From Thermoleophilia bacterium (GTDB lineage Bacteria > Actinomycetota > Thermoleophilia > UBA2241), in assembly GCA_040772045.1 (NCBI GenBank), contig JAXGYV010000011.1, forward strand, positions 12,484-76,483: a stretch of DNA of 64,000 nucleotides. The letters are read 5' to 3'. This document shows, piece after piece, positions 31,363 through 41,458 of the stretch (the stretch's first letter is position 1; the number at the start of each line of letters is the position of its first letter). The translations under genes and the position numbers were made by a program. The notes under the pieces are model-generated. The model worked only from the letters and a program-made list of their open reading frames with translations, was not told where the DNA came from and ran no database searches.

Positions 31363-31572
31363 CGAGAGATAATTGTCACAGTAACGTCTCAGGAGAGTCT
31401 CGCGTATGCAGCGCCATGTCACTCACCTCGGCCTATCGCCTAGCGCCTCCTGGTCGTCGGCCGCGCCCTGGCTTTCACCTCGCTCATTCACAACCCGCGG
31501 TGTGCTCTCCCACGGCCCTCTCGCCGGGCCACACCCCTCACAGGCTGCGGCGACCACGTGGAGGCCTTCAAC

Positions 31573-32115
31573 ATGAGTACCGCCGGAAGCAGCCGAGACT
31601 GGGCGAGCCGCATGGGCGGCAAACCCACAACTGGACCCGGCGTGTCTCTCCCGCCGGGCATGGCGGAGCCGCTCCACGACACGGCGGAAGTGGACGAATA
31701 CGTCACACAGACGACGCTAAAGGAAGACCAGCTCCTCGAGGCGATCCAGCGGCGCCGAGCAATCATCGCGGGCATCCGTTCGGGGGTCGAGCTCCAACGC
31801 TGTCTCACCATGCTTGCAGCGCTCGGCGAGCCGGAGAGCTTCGCCTCGCGCATCGCGTACCTCGAGAAACGTGTACACCGCGCAGGATGCAAGAGGCCGT
31901 CGCTCTTCGGTGGCTTCCGCCTGGGGACCGCACGCGAGGAGCGCGAGCTCCGCGATCTCGTCAAACGGCGCGATACAGCCGTCACACTCAGCGAGCGTGT
32001 CACCCTCCTTCAGCAAGACCCCGACGCGCTCGTCCGTCACTTTGAGATGGAGACCAGCCGCCTCGAGGTACGGCTCCGCACGCTGCGTGAGCGCCGGCGG
32101 GCGAAGAGCACGTAA
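31573..32115 (+). CDS. hypothetical protein
   Basis: GGAGG 9 nt upstream of ATG 31573; 180 aa, Arg/Glu-rich predicted helical C-terminus. Confidence 0.4.
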   Translation: MSTAGSSRDWASRMGGKPTTGPGVSLPPGMAEPLHDTAEVDEYVTQTTLKEDQLLEAIQRRRAIIAGIRSGVELQRCLTMLAALGEPESFASRIAYLEKRVHRAGCKRPSLFGGFRLGTAREERELRDLVKRRDTAVTLSERVTLLQQDPDALVRHFEMETSRLEVRLRTLRERRRAKST

Positions 32116-32221
32116 CGCCAACCCACCATACTCAGCCCCGCGCGACCTCCGACGGTCGACTCCCGCGGGCCCCATCGGAGATGATAGGGAGAGCGAGCGC
32201 ACCTCCGGCCCGCGAGAGGGC

Positions 32222-34021
32222 TCCGGCAGCGCTGCGATCACGATCAGGAGGCACGGCATCATCAACGGCGTTTCCAGAGCATTTCGCGTAGCTGCCGTTC
32301 TGTTCGACTTCGACGACACGCTCACCACGCCAGGCGCGCTCGACTTCGATCGTATCCGCCGCGATCTCGCCTGCCCGCCCGGTACGCCCATTCTCGAGCA
32401 CATCGCCGGCCTGCCGTCGGCTGAGCAACGCGCCCGCGCCTCCACGCGACTCAACGAACTGGAGCTCGAGGCCGCCGAGCGAGCGCAACCCAACCCTCAC
32501 GCCGAGGCGCTCGTCCGGCGCCTTCAAGATACAGGCCTGCCGCTCGGCATCCTCACCCGCAATAGCCGTGCGTCCGTCGAGCGGGCGCTCCACAACTTCC
32601 CCGCGCTGCGGCCCGCGGACTTTCAGGTGATCGTCTCCCGCGACGATCACGTACCGCCGAAACCCGCCGGCGACGGTGTCGCGTACGCCGCCCGTCGCCT
32701 CGGTGTAGACGTCCGCGAGCTCCTGCTCGTGGGCGACTACATCTTCGACGTGCTGGCCGGCGCGAGCGCCGGTGCGCTCACCGTGCTCCTGCAACCCGGC
32801 GACCTTCTCGACGCCGGCTACGCCGACGTCAGCGCGGAAGGTACACCGCAGTCCACCACGCGGCCTGTCCTCGGCAAGATCTATCCCGACGGCACACTCG
32901 ACCCCGCCCCCGACTGGGTGATCCGCAACCTATCCGACCTCCCCAACCTGGTACGCATGGGTCGACCCTTGCCCGCGGGCAAGTTTCCGGCCGATCTCTT
33001 GGAGACTTTCCTCGACTCCCTGCCGAACGACAACCCCAGTGTTCTCCTGGGACCGCGCCTCGGCAGAGATGTAGCCGCCCTGCGCGTCGCGCCAACCGAT
33101 AGTTACAACTCCAGCGAGGAACCGCCGACGCTGGCCGTGGGCGCCGACCCGGTCACCTTTACCACGGACGATATCGGCGCCTGGGCGGTCCTCGTGAACG
33201 CCAACGACATCGCCACCTGCGGTGCTCTGCCACGCTGGTTCTTCGCTACCCTCCTCTTGCCCACCGGCTCCACCCCCTCCCAGGTCCTCGAGATCCTCCA
33301 CAGCGTACGGAAGGCGTGCGCGCGCGAGGGCATCGCCTTATGCGGCGGGCACACCGAGATTACCGACGCGGTCGTTCGACCAGTCGTCAGCGGGGCCATG
33401 CTGGGTACGGTCAGCGTCGATGGTCTGGTGGATAAGCGCGCCCTGCGGGAAGGCGACAGCCTGCTGCTCACCAAGCGCGTGGCCGTAGAAGGGACAACAC
33501 TCCTGGCCAGCGAGTTGGGCGACGAGCTCCAGCGCCGCGGCATGACCGCGGAAGAGCTGTCAGCGTGCCATTCGCTGCACGACAAGCTGAGCGTAGTGGC
33601 CGACGCCGCCATCGCGGCAAGCGTCCCCGGCGTGAGCGCCATGCACGACGTTACCGAGGGCGGCCTGGCGGCGGCCATAATGGAGCTCTCGGCCGCTGGC
33701 AGGCACGCCATCACCGTTAGTATGGAGGCCATCCCGCTCTACGCGGAGACGCAACGCATCAGCGCCCTCCTCGACATCGATCCGCTCGGCCTCATCGGCT
33801 CCGGCAGCCTGCTCATCTGCTGCCGGCCCGCCGCACGCGCGGCTGTGGCCAATGCATTGTCCACAGCGGGCATTGAGTCGACGGTCATCGGGAACGTGGG
33901 CGCCCCCCTGGACCACTCTGACGGCGTGGTAACAGCCACGCACCACGGAACTCCGGTACCGTGGCCGCACTTCGATGTCGACGAGGTAGCGCGCGTTCTG
34001 AGCGCGCTGCCCCGCGGCTAA
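32222..34021 (+). CDS. HAD-like hydrolase fused to AIR-synthase-related (PurM/HypE-like) domain; start codon not identified
   Basis: AAVLFDFDDTLTTPG (HAD motif I). PurM-like N- and C-domains (LAVGADPVTFTTDDIGAWAVLVNANDIATCGALP, GIALCGGHTEITD, VSAMHDVTEGGL). No in-frame ATG/GTG/TTG between the upstream stop (32115) and the HAD motif. Confidence 0.6.
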   Translation, partial: SGSAAITIRRHGIINGVSRAFRVAAVLFDFDDTLTTPGALDFDRIRRDLACPPGTPILEHIAGLPSAEQRARASTRLNELELEAAERAQPNPHAEALVRRLQDTGLPLGILTRNSRASVERALHNFPALRPADFQVIVSRDDHVPPKPAGDGVAYAARRLGVDVRELLLVGDYIFDVLAGASAGALTVLLQPGDLLDAGYADVSAEGTPQSTTRPVLGKIYPDGTLDPAPDWVIRNLSDLPNLVRMGRPLPAGKFPADLLETFLDSLPNDNPSVLLGPRLGRDVAALRVAPTDSYNSSEEPPTLAVGADPVTFTTDDIGAWAVLVNANDIATCGALPRWFFATLLLPTGSTPSQVLEILHSVRKACAREGIALCGGHTEITDAVVRPVVSGAMLGTVSVDGLVDKRALREGDSLLLTKRVAVEGTTLLASELGDELQRRGMTAEELSACHSLHDKLSVVADAAIAASVPGVSAMHDVTEGGLAAAIMELSAAGRHAITVSMEAIPLYAETQRISALLDIDPLGLIGSGSLLICCRPAARAAVANALSTAGIESTVIGNVGAPLDHSDGVVTATHHGTPVPWPHFDVDEVARVLSALPRG

Positions 34022-34061
34022 ATCGAGAGCCGCCCTCCACAGAGCGACACCGACTGGCTAG

Positions 34062-34769
34062 CTAGTTGGTATCGGTATCGATGAGATCGCCGGCCGTCAC
34101 GATGCCGAGCGGAGATTCTGTATCCGCTCCGGTCGCCGTGATGATGGCGGCGAACACCCGCGGCCGGCGCTTCTCCCCTCGCGGTAGCTCGAACGCCCGT
34201 CGCGCTTCCTCCAACGAGGCGTCGCGCGGCAGAAAGGCGCAGCTGCCCCGCGGCTCGTGCTGCAGCGCGTCCGCCACGGTCACCCCGGCCGGATCGGGCA
34301 ACTCGCCGTCGATGTTCGCCGCCAGCCAGCGGGCGATGCCCTCCAGCGTGAGCAATGTGTACCGCTCGCCCTCCACGTACACGACTACCTGCGAGTAGTC
34401 CTTGCCGTGCATGTGCTTCAAAGCCGCGGCCAGCGGCTGATCGGGATCGAAGATCTTCAGGTCGCGCCGAAACGCGGGGATCAGCCGGACAGGACGCACG
34501 ATCCCCTCGACGATAGAGCGGAAGCGGGCGAGGCCCCACTCGCTCGGCTCGGCGACGGCATCATGGGGATAGCGCGCCGTATGGACCAGCAGGTTCCGGA
34601 GGCTCTTGCAGTCGTGAAGCTCTCCGACTAACGAACGATGGATGAAACCCCGGCGCACCGCCTCGTTGACCAGGTTCATGAAGTCCCAGGGGCGATCGAT
34701 TCGCAGCACCCGGCGCAGATGCGCATCCAATTCATTGAAAAGGGCGACAAACTCGGCTCCGCGGTCCAT
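34062..34769 (-). CDS. hypothetical protein with N-terminal HEPN-like Rx4H region and C-terminal CBS-like pair
   Basis: DCKSLRNLLVHTARYP (Rx4H). Two ~50-aa segments resembling CBS domains. Confidence 0.4.
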   Translation of the reverse strand: MDRGAEFVALFNELDAHLRRVLRIDRPWDFMNLVNEAVRRGFIHRSLVGELHDCKSLRNLLVHTARYPHDAVAEPSEWGLARFRSIVEGIVRPVRLIPAFRRDLKIFDPDQPLAAALKHMHGKDYSQVVVYVEGERYTLLTLEGIARWLAANIDGELPDPAGVTVADALQHEPRGSCAFLPRDASLEEARRAFELPRGEKRRPRVFAAIITATGADTESPLGIVTAGDLIDTDTN

Positions 34770-34875
34770 AGCTCCACCTTATCGCGTCAGCACTCGACGA
34801 AGCCACCGCATGCGACGCGGCGTTCACGCTAAGAAGAGGGTGAGAGATGCTTCGGAGAGTCTCGGCGTGCGACGT

Positions 34876-35943
34876 TCAGTCGGTGCCAAACGCCCACTCG
34901 TAGCAGGGTCCCCACCACGCGGGGCCCTTCCCCATCTTGATGGCCAGGGCCGTCGCCTTAATCTGCGCGGCGCCATTGAAGATGCTCTCTTTACGCCATG
35001 GATTCCACGACGCCTCCCACGTGGCCGGATAGTACTGAAACAGGCCACAAAACTGGTCGCCGGCACCGCCGATGACCGACGGATTACCGCCCGACTCGAT
35101 CATCATCAATCGGTAGAGCCCCGTAGCGCTGATCCCGTTCCGTTCGGCGGCCTCGTGAATGAGCGGCCACCACCCGTCGCTGTTCTCGCCGCCCTGGTCG
35201 CCCTGACCGGAGTACTCACCCGTCGCGGGGCCCAGCGCCGGACGTACTACGACGACTGGCCGTCGTAACTGAGCCTCCAACCGCTCGATCTCGTCACGAA
35301 GGCCCGCCAAGACGGCCTGGCGTTGGTGAAGTGAAGCCTCGATACGTTCCTTCTCTTTCGCCCGTTGGGTTACCAGTTGCCGAGCCGCCGTCTGCGCGGC
35401 CACGAGGCGCAGACGCTGTTCGAGCACCTCGGCACGCGCGCTCTCCATATCGGCGACGATGTGCTCGTCGTACTGTCTGAGCTTTCTCAGGAACGTCAGT
35501 TCGTGAACCATCTCGTTGAAGCTCGCGCTGTTCACCAACACGTCGATCAAACTCGTTTGCCGCTCCTTGTACATGGCCACGGCTCGTTCGCTCAGCGCCT
35601 CCTCGGCCAGCGCTAGTTCGAACTCAGCTACTTTCAGCCTCTTCTCGTTTCGGCGGATGTCGGCATCGAGCACGCGCAAACGCCGAGTTGCATCGACGAA
35701 CCGCGCCACGATGTCGTCGAGCGCGTGGTCCAGTGAGCTGATCTCGGTCGAAATGGCGCGCGCCCGCGCTCGTTGATCGGCGAGACTGGGATTGGCATGC
35801 GCCGCAGTCGCCCACAGGGCGAACAAGGAAACAGCCAAGGCGAGCAGAATTACTCCTCCGGTAAGGAGTCTGCGCCGCGAAGATGTCGCGCTGGTGGAGA
35901 GCTCAGTCCGCTCTCCTCGTCCACGCGATGATGTGTTAGTCAT
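34876..35943 (-). CDS. secreted coiled-coil protein with C-terminal SLT-type lytic transglycosylase domain
   Basis: Twin-arginine-like signal SRRRLLTGGVILLALAVSLFALWATAAHA; long coiled coil. C-terminal MMIESGGNP...GLFQY (SLT motif). GAGGGAGG RBS before ATG 35943. Confidence 0.65.
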   Translation of the reverse strand: MTNTSSRGRGERTELSTSATSSRRRLLTGGVILLALAVSLFALWATAAHANPSLADQRARARAISTEISSLDHALDDIVARFVDATRRLRVLDADIRRNEKRLKVAEFELALAEEALSERAVAMYKERQTSLIDVLVNSASFNEMVHELTFLRKLRQYDEHIVADMESARAEVLEQRLRLVAAQTAARQLVTQRAKEKERIEASLHQRQAVLAGLRDEIERLEAQLRRPVVVVRPALGPATGEYSGQGDQGGENSDGWWPLIHEAAERNGISATGLYRLMMIESGGNPSVIGGAGDQFCGLFQYYPATWEASWNPWRKESIFNGAAQIKATALAIKMGKGPAWWGPCYEWAFGTD

Positions 35944-36224
35944 GCAGGCCTCCCTCGCCGACAGAGGTGCGCGCACTTCGCGTACACGGAGTGCGCAGCT
36001 CAGCGTGCTCGGGGCTCACAGAAGGCGTGTGAGACATGGTCTCCACCGGCCTCTGGCTGACCGGCGCACGATACCACTACTCTCAAGTCGATTGGAAGGC
36101 GTAGTCTAAGGCTTGCGCCGAGGGTTATACTTGATTTCCGCACTGTCGCCGAAGCCTTAAGTCTCACCTGAGACTTCTCTCAAGCTGACCACAATCCTCG
36201 CATCAGGTGCTTCTTGATACCCGC

Positions 36225-36959
36225 CTACCGCAGTAGTTTGTCGGCAATATCCACCATTCGCTGCGGGAGTTCCTGGAGAGAACGTACACGGAATAGATCC
36301 CCTCTCCCCAGGTGCGCCAGCCGGCGACAGAGCCACTCATTCATCTTGTAGTCTTCAGTGAGAAGTACGTGTAGATGAGGGAATGTGGCCGCCACGGAGG
36401 TTGGGTCTCCCCCACGCGTGTACACGCCATCCGTGATCAGCAGGCCGTACTGCCTCGGATTCCGGCCGCGCAAGAGTTCGCGAGCTCCAACCTTCAACGC
36501 ATCTTCGATGTTGGTGTAGCCACGACACGGCTGGCGCAGCATCTCTCTGACCACGGCCTCCGGCGGGGCCCTCTCACCAAGCCTGCTGACGACATGAGCG
36601 GTGTTCTCGAACACGACCACACCCAAATCTCGCGCTCTCATCTTCAACGCGAAAACCGCCGCCGCCACCGCCGCAAGCGCCATGTTCGTACCGCTCATAC
36701 TCAGCGACATGTCCATCATGAGGACGATCTGCGTGCGGCGCTCTTCGCGGCGCTCGACGATCCAGTCGTCGCGCTCGGGGTGCTCCTTCCCCAGGATGTT
36801 CTCGATGGTAGCATCGATCTCAAGTTCACCTTGAGACCCCTGCGAATACTCCTGAAGCGGCTCGCGTACTGAGTGAGTCGGCCCCCGCAACGGCCCCACG
36901 AGACGAGCCGCTCGCTCCAGCACGGAGCGGACGGCCAGGCGCTCGGCATGCTCGCGCAT
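36225..36959 (-). CDS. VWA-domain protein (MoxR partner)
   Basis: MIDAS motif MMDMSLSMSG; follows moxR. Confidence 0.7.
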   Translation of the reverse strand: MREHAERLAVRSVLERAARLVGPLRGPTHSVREPLQEYSQGSQGELEIDATIENILGKEHPERDDWIVERREERRTQIVLMMDMSLSMSGTNMALAAVAAAVFALKMRARDLGVVVFENTAHVVSRLGERAPPEAVVREMLRQPCRGYTNIEDALKVGARELLRGRNPRQYGLLITDGVYTRGGDPTSVAATFPHLHVLLTEDYKMNEWLCRRLAHLGRGDLFRVRSLQELPQRMVDIADKLLR

Positions 36960-37171
36960 TCCCGGTACTTCGATCTCACACCCCGGGCGCGTCAGACGCG
37001 TCGCGATCTGCCAGCCATCGATGGCTTCGGCCGGCAGATGATATCGGGCAGTGAAGTACTCGATGGGATCGAACTCGAGCTCTGGTTCCCGCGTGCAGCC
37101 GAGGAGCGGCTGCTCGACCTCCTCAGCTGCGGAGGGACCAGGCTCCCCGATGGGACGCGCAGGGGCGTCCC

Positions 37172-38077
37172 TCAGACTTTTGGGGCATTGGCCGCAACTG
37201 GTTTATCGTAGCCGGCCTGGAGCTGAGCGAGATCGCTGTGAAGAACCGTCGCCAGGATCTCCTCGATAGCGACGTTCACGTCGGCGCCCAGCTCGTCCTT
37301 GGCCTCCGTGCGCGTAGTAAGAGCCGCTCTGGCCGCCGTGCTCAGAGCGGCATTCATCTCCTCGCCAGTCGCTACCAGCCGCTGAGCGATCGCGACCATG
37401 GCGATGGCCGCACGCACACTGGCCCCCTTCTTGAAGCGCGGGTGCACACGCGTTGCCCTCACCACCGACACCGCACGCCAGAGGAGGAGTTCGTCCTGGC
37501 AACCAGTCTCGGCGGCGGTGATGCGAACCTCCTCGGGCGCGCTCTGGTAGTCGAGCCGTACGTGCTCGAAGCGGTCTCGCAAGGCTTCGGAGAGATGGCC
37601 GGTAGCGATGTACTCGACCGGATTCTGCGTAGCGATCACTTGAAAACCCCACGCCGCACGTACCGTGCCGATGCGCGGGACGATCAGCAGCCTCTCGTCC
37701 AGGGCTGGAAGAAGGACGTTCTGGACGGTCTCGGGCATACGATTGAGCTCGTTGATGAAGAGCACGGCCCCCTCGGTCATGGCGCGTGCCAGGGGGCCGG
37801 GGAAGAATGAGTCCTCGCAGTACCCCTTCTTGAGGACAAGCGGAGGATCAAACCATCCGGTCAGTTTGCTCTCGGAGTAGCGATCGTCGCCATCGACGCG
37901 AATCGTGGAACGCCCAAGATGACGGCATACCGCCAGAGCGATCGTCGTCTTCCCCACCCCCACGGGGCCCTCGAAGAGGACGTGCCGACCGCTCTCGAGC
38001 ACGGCGAGTGACAGAGCGAGCTCGTGTTCCCGCCCCACAATGCCGTGCTCCTCCTGAATCTTGCGGACGGGTACCAT
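37172..38077 (-). CDS. moxR: MoxR-family AAA+ ATPase
   Basis: HVLFEGPVGVGKTT Walker A, VLFINELNRMPETVQNVLLPALDE, VIATQNP. Confidence 0.85.
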   Translation of the reverse strand: MVPVRKIQEEHGIVGREHELALSLAVLESGRHVLFEGPVGVGKTTIALAVCRHLGRSTIRVDGDDRYSESKLTGWFDPPLVLKKGYCEDSFFPGPLARAMTEGAVLFINELNRMPETVQNVLLPALDERLLIVPRIGTVRAAWGFQVIATQNPVEYIATGHLSEALRDRFEHVRLDYQSAPEEVRITAAETGCQDELLLWRAVSVVRATRVHPRFKKGASVRAAIAMVAIAQRLVATGEEMNAALSTAARAALTTRTEAKDELGADVNVAIEEILATVLHSDLAQLQAGYDKPVAANAPKV

Positions 38078-38215
38078 ACCTCACCCCGCTCTCTCCACCA
38101 TGTCGCGTCTCTCCGAGTGTACCAGGGCGTGAGCGATGCTTCTCTAGGAGAACGATGCGCGCGAGCACCGTGCCACCACGACCACGCCCCGGAGGGCACC
38201 AATCGCCGTTATGAC

Positions 38216-39283
38216 CTACGGCAAACGGACGGCGTACTGCCAGCCGAGAAGGCTCGTGTAGCTGACGACCGCTCCCGTATGCGGCGCGTGGATCACCGTG
38301 CCGTTTCCGGCATACATGCCAACGTGATAGGACACGGGATACCCCTTGAACACGAGATCGCCTGGAGTAAGAGCGGTCATCGGAACGGGCCGGCCCATGT
38401 TTTGCTGGTAGCCGGAGTAGTGTGGCAGAGAGATGCCGATCTGCGCGTAGCAGTACATCACCAGGCCGGAGCAGTCGAAGCCCACATTGGGATCTGCCGC
38501 GGCGTAAACATAGGGCACACCTAGATAGCGTTTCGCGATCTCGATGACCTCCGGGTGACCTGGACCAGCCGGTCCGGGGGGAATCTCGCGCGGATTCCGC
38601 CAAATGGCGTTCCGCGCCGCCGCGGCGGCGGCTCTGGCGGCCCTGGCGGCCGCGGCGGCCTCCTCGCGCTCGATACGCTTGATCTCCTTCTCCACCCCAC
38701 GCAGCATCACACGACGAGCCGCTAGTGTTGACTCGATGTTCTGCTTCTTCGCCTTTATGTCGGCCACGAGGCGCCGGATCTCCGCGCGATCTTCGACCAG
38801 TTGTTCACGCTTGGCTTGCACGGCAGCCTCGCGCCGTTCCACCTCGTCGACGATCTCGGAGTCCCGCTCGCTAATCTGGCGAACAGTGTGGAGCTGGGAG
38901 GCCAGCTCGTCGAAGCTCCGCGAGGCGAAGATGACGTCGACGATGTCGATCGGCCGCTGCTTGTACATGGCAACCACCCGATTTCGCAGTGTCTCGCGAG
39001 AGACACGGAGATCGAAGCGGGCGACCTTCAGTTCACGCGTACTCTTGGCCACTCGCTCTTCAGCCTGGTCAAGCTGGAGGTTCGCCAGGTTGTAACGTTC
39101 GATGGTCTGCTCCAGCGCCACATCGAGCACCTCCAACTGGCGGCGGATCCGCTGAGCCTTTGCCTTCGCCGCGGCCTTCTGCTCCGCCAGGGGGACAGCC
39201 TCGCCGACGCGCGGCAGCGCCAGTGGTAGCACGAACATCGCTAAGAATATGCCTATGACCAGAGAACGCCTGATATTCGTCAT
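38216..39283 (-). CDS. RipA-like secreted coiled-coil NlpC/P60 peptidoglycan endopeptidase
   Basis: Signal peptide, long coiled coil. C-terminal GFDCSGLVMYCY...HVGMYAGNGTVIHAP (NlpC/P60 Cys-His). Confidence 0.8.
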   Translation of the reverse strand: MTNIRRSLVIGIFLAMFVLPLALPRVGEAVPLAEQKAAAKAKAQRIRRQLEVLDVALEQTIERYNLANLQLDQAEERVAKSTRELKVARFDLRVSRETLRNRVVAMYKQRPIDIVDVIFASRSFDELASQLHTVRQISERDSEIVDEVERREAAVQAKREQLVEDRAEIRRLVADIKAKKQNIESTLAARRVMLRGVEKEIKRIEREEAAAAARAARAAAAAARNAIWRNPREIPPGPAGPGHPEVIEIAKRYLGVPYVYAAADPNVGFDCSGLVMYCYAQIGISLPHYSGYQQNMGRPVPMTALTPGDLVFKGYPVSYHVGMYAGNGTVIHAPHTGAVVSYTSLLGWQYAVRLP

Positions 39284-39850
39284 CCCTCACCTCGGTCCGA
39301 CACAGGAGAGCTCAGCTCCATCGGTGGCGACGAGCGCCCGACACGAGTGTGGTCTGTTGTTCGCGATTATCGGCGGTGCTCCTGCTGGCTTGAGCATTCC
39401 GCACCGCCAACGGCATCCTGACTCACGCTCGTGGCAAACCGCAGCTGGTATGTCGACCGCCCCAGGAAGATAACCCGATACGGCAGCGCTCTGGAGCCGC
39501 CGAGCGTGTGCTCTTCAGTGGGTACACATAGTCGCGAGCTTACGCGATCGCGATTCCGCCGTGCAACCCCAACCAAGTACGTTCCTCACAGGAGCCCTCT
39601 TCCCCCAGCGCCCAGCGTATGCTCCCCCGATTCATGGCAGGACGTCTTCGCCATGGCAACGGCGGTATGAACTGCCAACGTCCTCGGGGTACAATGAGCA
39701 TGGTCACGGGGCCTGAACACGAACGCTCAAGCCTACGGACGGTAAATATCCCGGTCACTCTACTTCCATCGCTCCCCGTGACGATCTCGAGGCTCTCGGT
39801 GGAGTTCTTCGCCGCACGGAGCATAGCGCATCCCACGAACAGGCCACTCC

Positions 39851-41002
39851 ATGAAGAACAGCAGCACAGTAGCGACAATCGACTCACCCACAGCCCGTGA
39901 CGTGGCAGAAGCCATCGAGCCCCTCGAGCCGCCAATCGACGAGGTACGCGAGCTCGTGGCAGAGGGACGCGAGCAAGGGTATCTCACCGGTGATCGCATC
40001 GCCGACGCACTGGCCGACGTAGAACTCACCCCCGACCAGATCGACAGCATCTTCCTGCTCTTCGCCGACCTAGGTGTAGACATTATCGAGGGGGACGAGC
40101 CCGTACCGGACAGCAACCTCAGCGCCAAACCGGAGGACGAGGTGCCTCCCAAACTCGACCTGTCGGTGAAGACGCCCACCAGCGATCCGGTTCGTATGTA
40201 TCTCAAAGAGATTGGTAAGGTCCCCCTCCTGACGGTCGAGGAAGAAGTGGCGCTCGCCAAACGCATCGAGCACGGTGACATGAACGCCAAGCGGAAGCTC
40301 ACGGAAGCCAACCTGCGCTTGGTGGTCTCCATCGCGAAGCGGCACGTGGGCCGCGGCCCCTCCCTTCTCGACCTCATCCAAGAGGGTAACCTCGGCCTCA
40401 TCCGGGCGGTCGAGAAGTTCGACTACCATCGCGGCTTCAAGTTCTCCACCTACGCGACCTGGTGGATCCGCCAGGCGATCTCGCGCGGCATCGCCGATCA
40501 GGCCCGCACCATCCGTATCCCCGTGCACATGGTCGAGCGGATCAACAAGCTCAGCCGCGTGCAGCGTGAGCTTCGCCGGAGCATTGGTCGTGAGCCGACC
40601 GCCGAAGAGATCGCCACCGAGATGGACACAACGCCGGAGAAAGTGCGCGACATCATCAGGATCAAGCAAGAGCCGATGAGCCTCGAGTCGCCGGTCGGCG
40701 AGGAGGGAGACGCGCAACTCGGCGACTTCATCGAAGACCATCAGGCCGTAGAACCGGTCGAGCGAGTCAATGAGATCTTGCAGAACGAAGAGCTCAGCCA
40801 AGTGCTGAGCACTCTCACGCGCCGTGAGCGCACGGTAATCGAACTGCGCTACGGGCTCAAGGGCGAGGCTCCGCGAACTCTCGAAGAGGTTGGTCGGTGC
40901 TTTGGCCTTACCCGAGAGCGCATCCGCCAGATCGAAGCCAAGACGCTCGCCAAGCTCGTGAGCCTTCGCCAGTCGCAAGGCTTGCGCGAATTCCTCGAAT
41001 AG
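39851..41002 (+). CDS. RNA polymerase sigma-70 factor (RpoD/HrdB family)
   Basis: Regions 1.2-4: [77 protein letters not shown]. Confidence 0.85.
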   Translation: MKNSSTVATIDSPTARDVAEAIEPLEPPIDEVRELVAEGREQGYLTGDRIADALADVELTPDQIDSIFLLFADLGVDIIEGDEPVPDSNLSAKPEDEVPPKLDLSVKTPTSDPVRMYLKEIGKVPLLTVEEEVALAKRIEHGDMNAKRKLTEANLRLVVSIAKRHVGRGPSLLDLIQEGNLGLIRAVEKFDYHRGFKFSTYATWWIRQAISRGIADQARTIRIPVHMVERINKLSRVQRELRRSIGREPTAEEIATEMDTTPEKVRDIIRIKQEPMSLESPVGEEGDAQLGDFIEDHQAVEPVERVNEILQNEELSQVLSTLTRRERTVIELRYGLKGEAPRTLEEVGRCFGLTRERIRQIEAKTLAKLVSLRQSQGLREFLE

Positions 41003-41040
41003 CCGCTCGGTCAAGCTCTTCCGACCGGTAAAACCTCAGC

Positions 41041-41430
41041 TTATCCCTTCACATACGAGAACTTCTCGGTCACCTGGCCATTCTGTACGCGAAACAGATC
41101 TACGCCGCGTACGCAGCCGACCGTGCCGCTTCTAGTACACCAGGTGTACCTCCACCGCACCACAGCGCGGTCCGCATGGCCGAACAGCTCCTCTACAGCG
41201 AAGTGCGCCTGCGGCGATACCTGGAACAGCCACTGCCAGTACGCCGTAATGGCCGGAGCTCCCTCTAGCCGCGCCCCGTCTGGCTTGGGGTGCGTGTTCT
41301 CGAATACGCAATCGTCCGTCATGAGGGCCGTGAGCCGATCGACAGCGTGTTCGTTGAACGCCTGCGCAAACTCCCGAACAACCCGGAGCGTCCGCTCAGT
41401 ATGCTGAGCATCAGCGGATGCGAATGACAT
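41041..41430 (-). CDS. SnoaL/NTF2-like small protein
   Basis: 129 aa; fold-family guess from size and composition only. Confidence 0.35.
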   Translation of the reverse strand: MSFASADAQHTERTLRVVREFAQAFNEHAVDRLTALMTDDCVFENTHPKPDGARLEGAPAITAYWQWLFQVSPQAHFAVEELFGHADRAVVRWRYTWCTRSGTVGCVRGVDLFRVQNGQVTEKFSYVKG

Positions 41431-41458
41431 GCCTGCCTCCAGAGGACGTTCGTGCTCC

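Noticed and set aside
39284-39560. c-di-AMP (ydaO-type) riboswitch in the leader of the NlpC/P60 hydrolase
   Set aside because: Reverse-complemented leader lacks the conserved ydaO sequence blocks that I can recall. No support without a covariance-model search.
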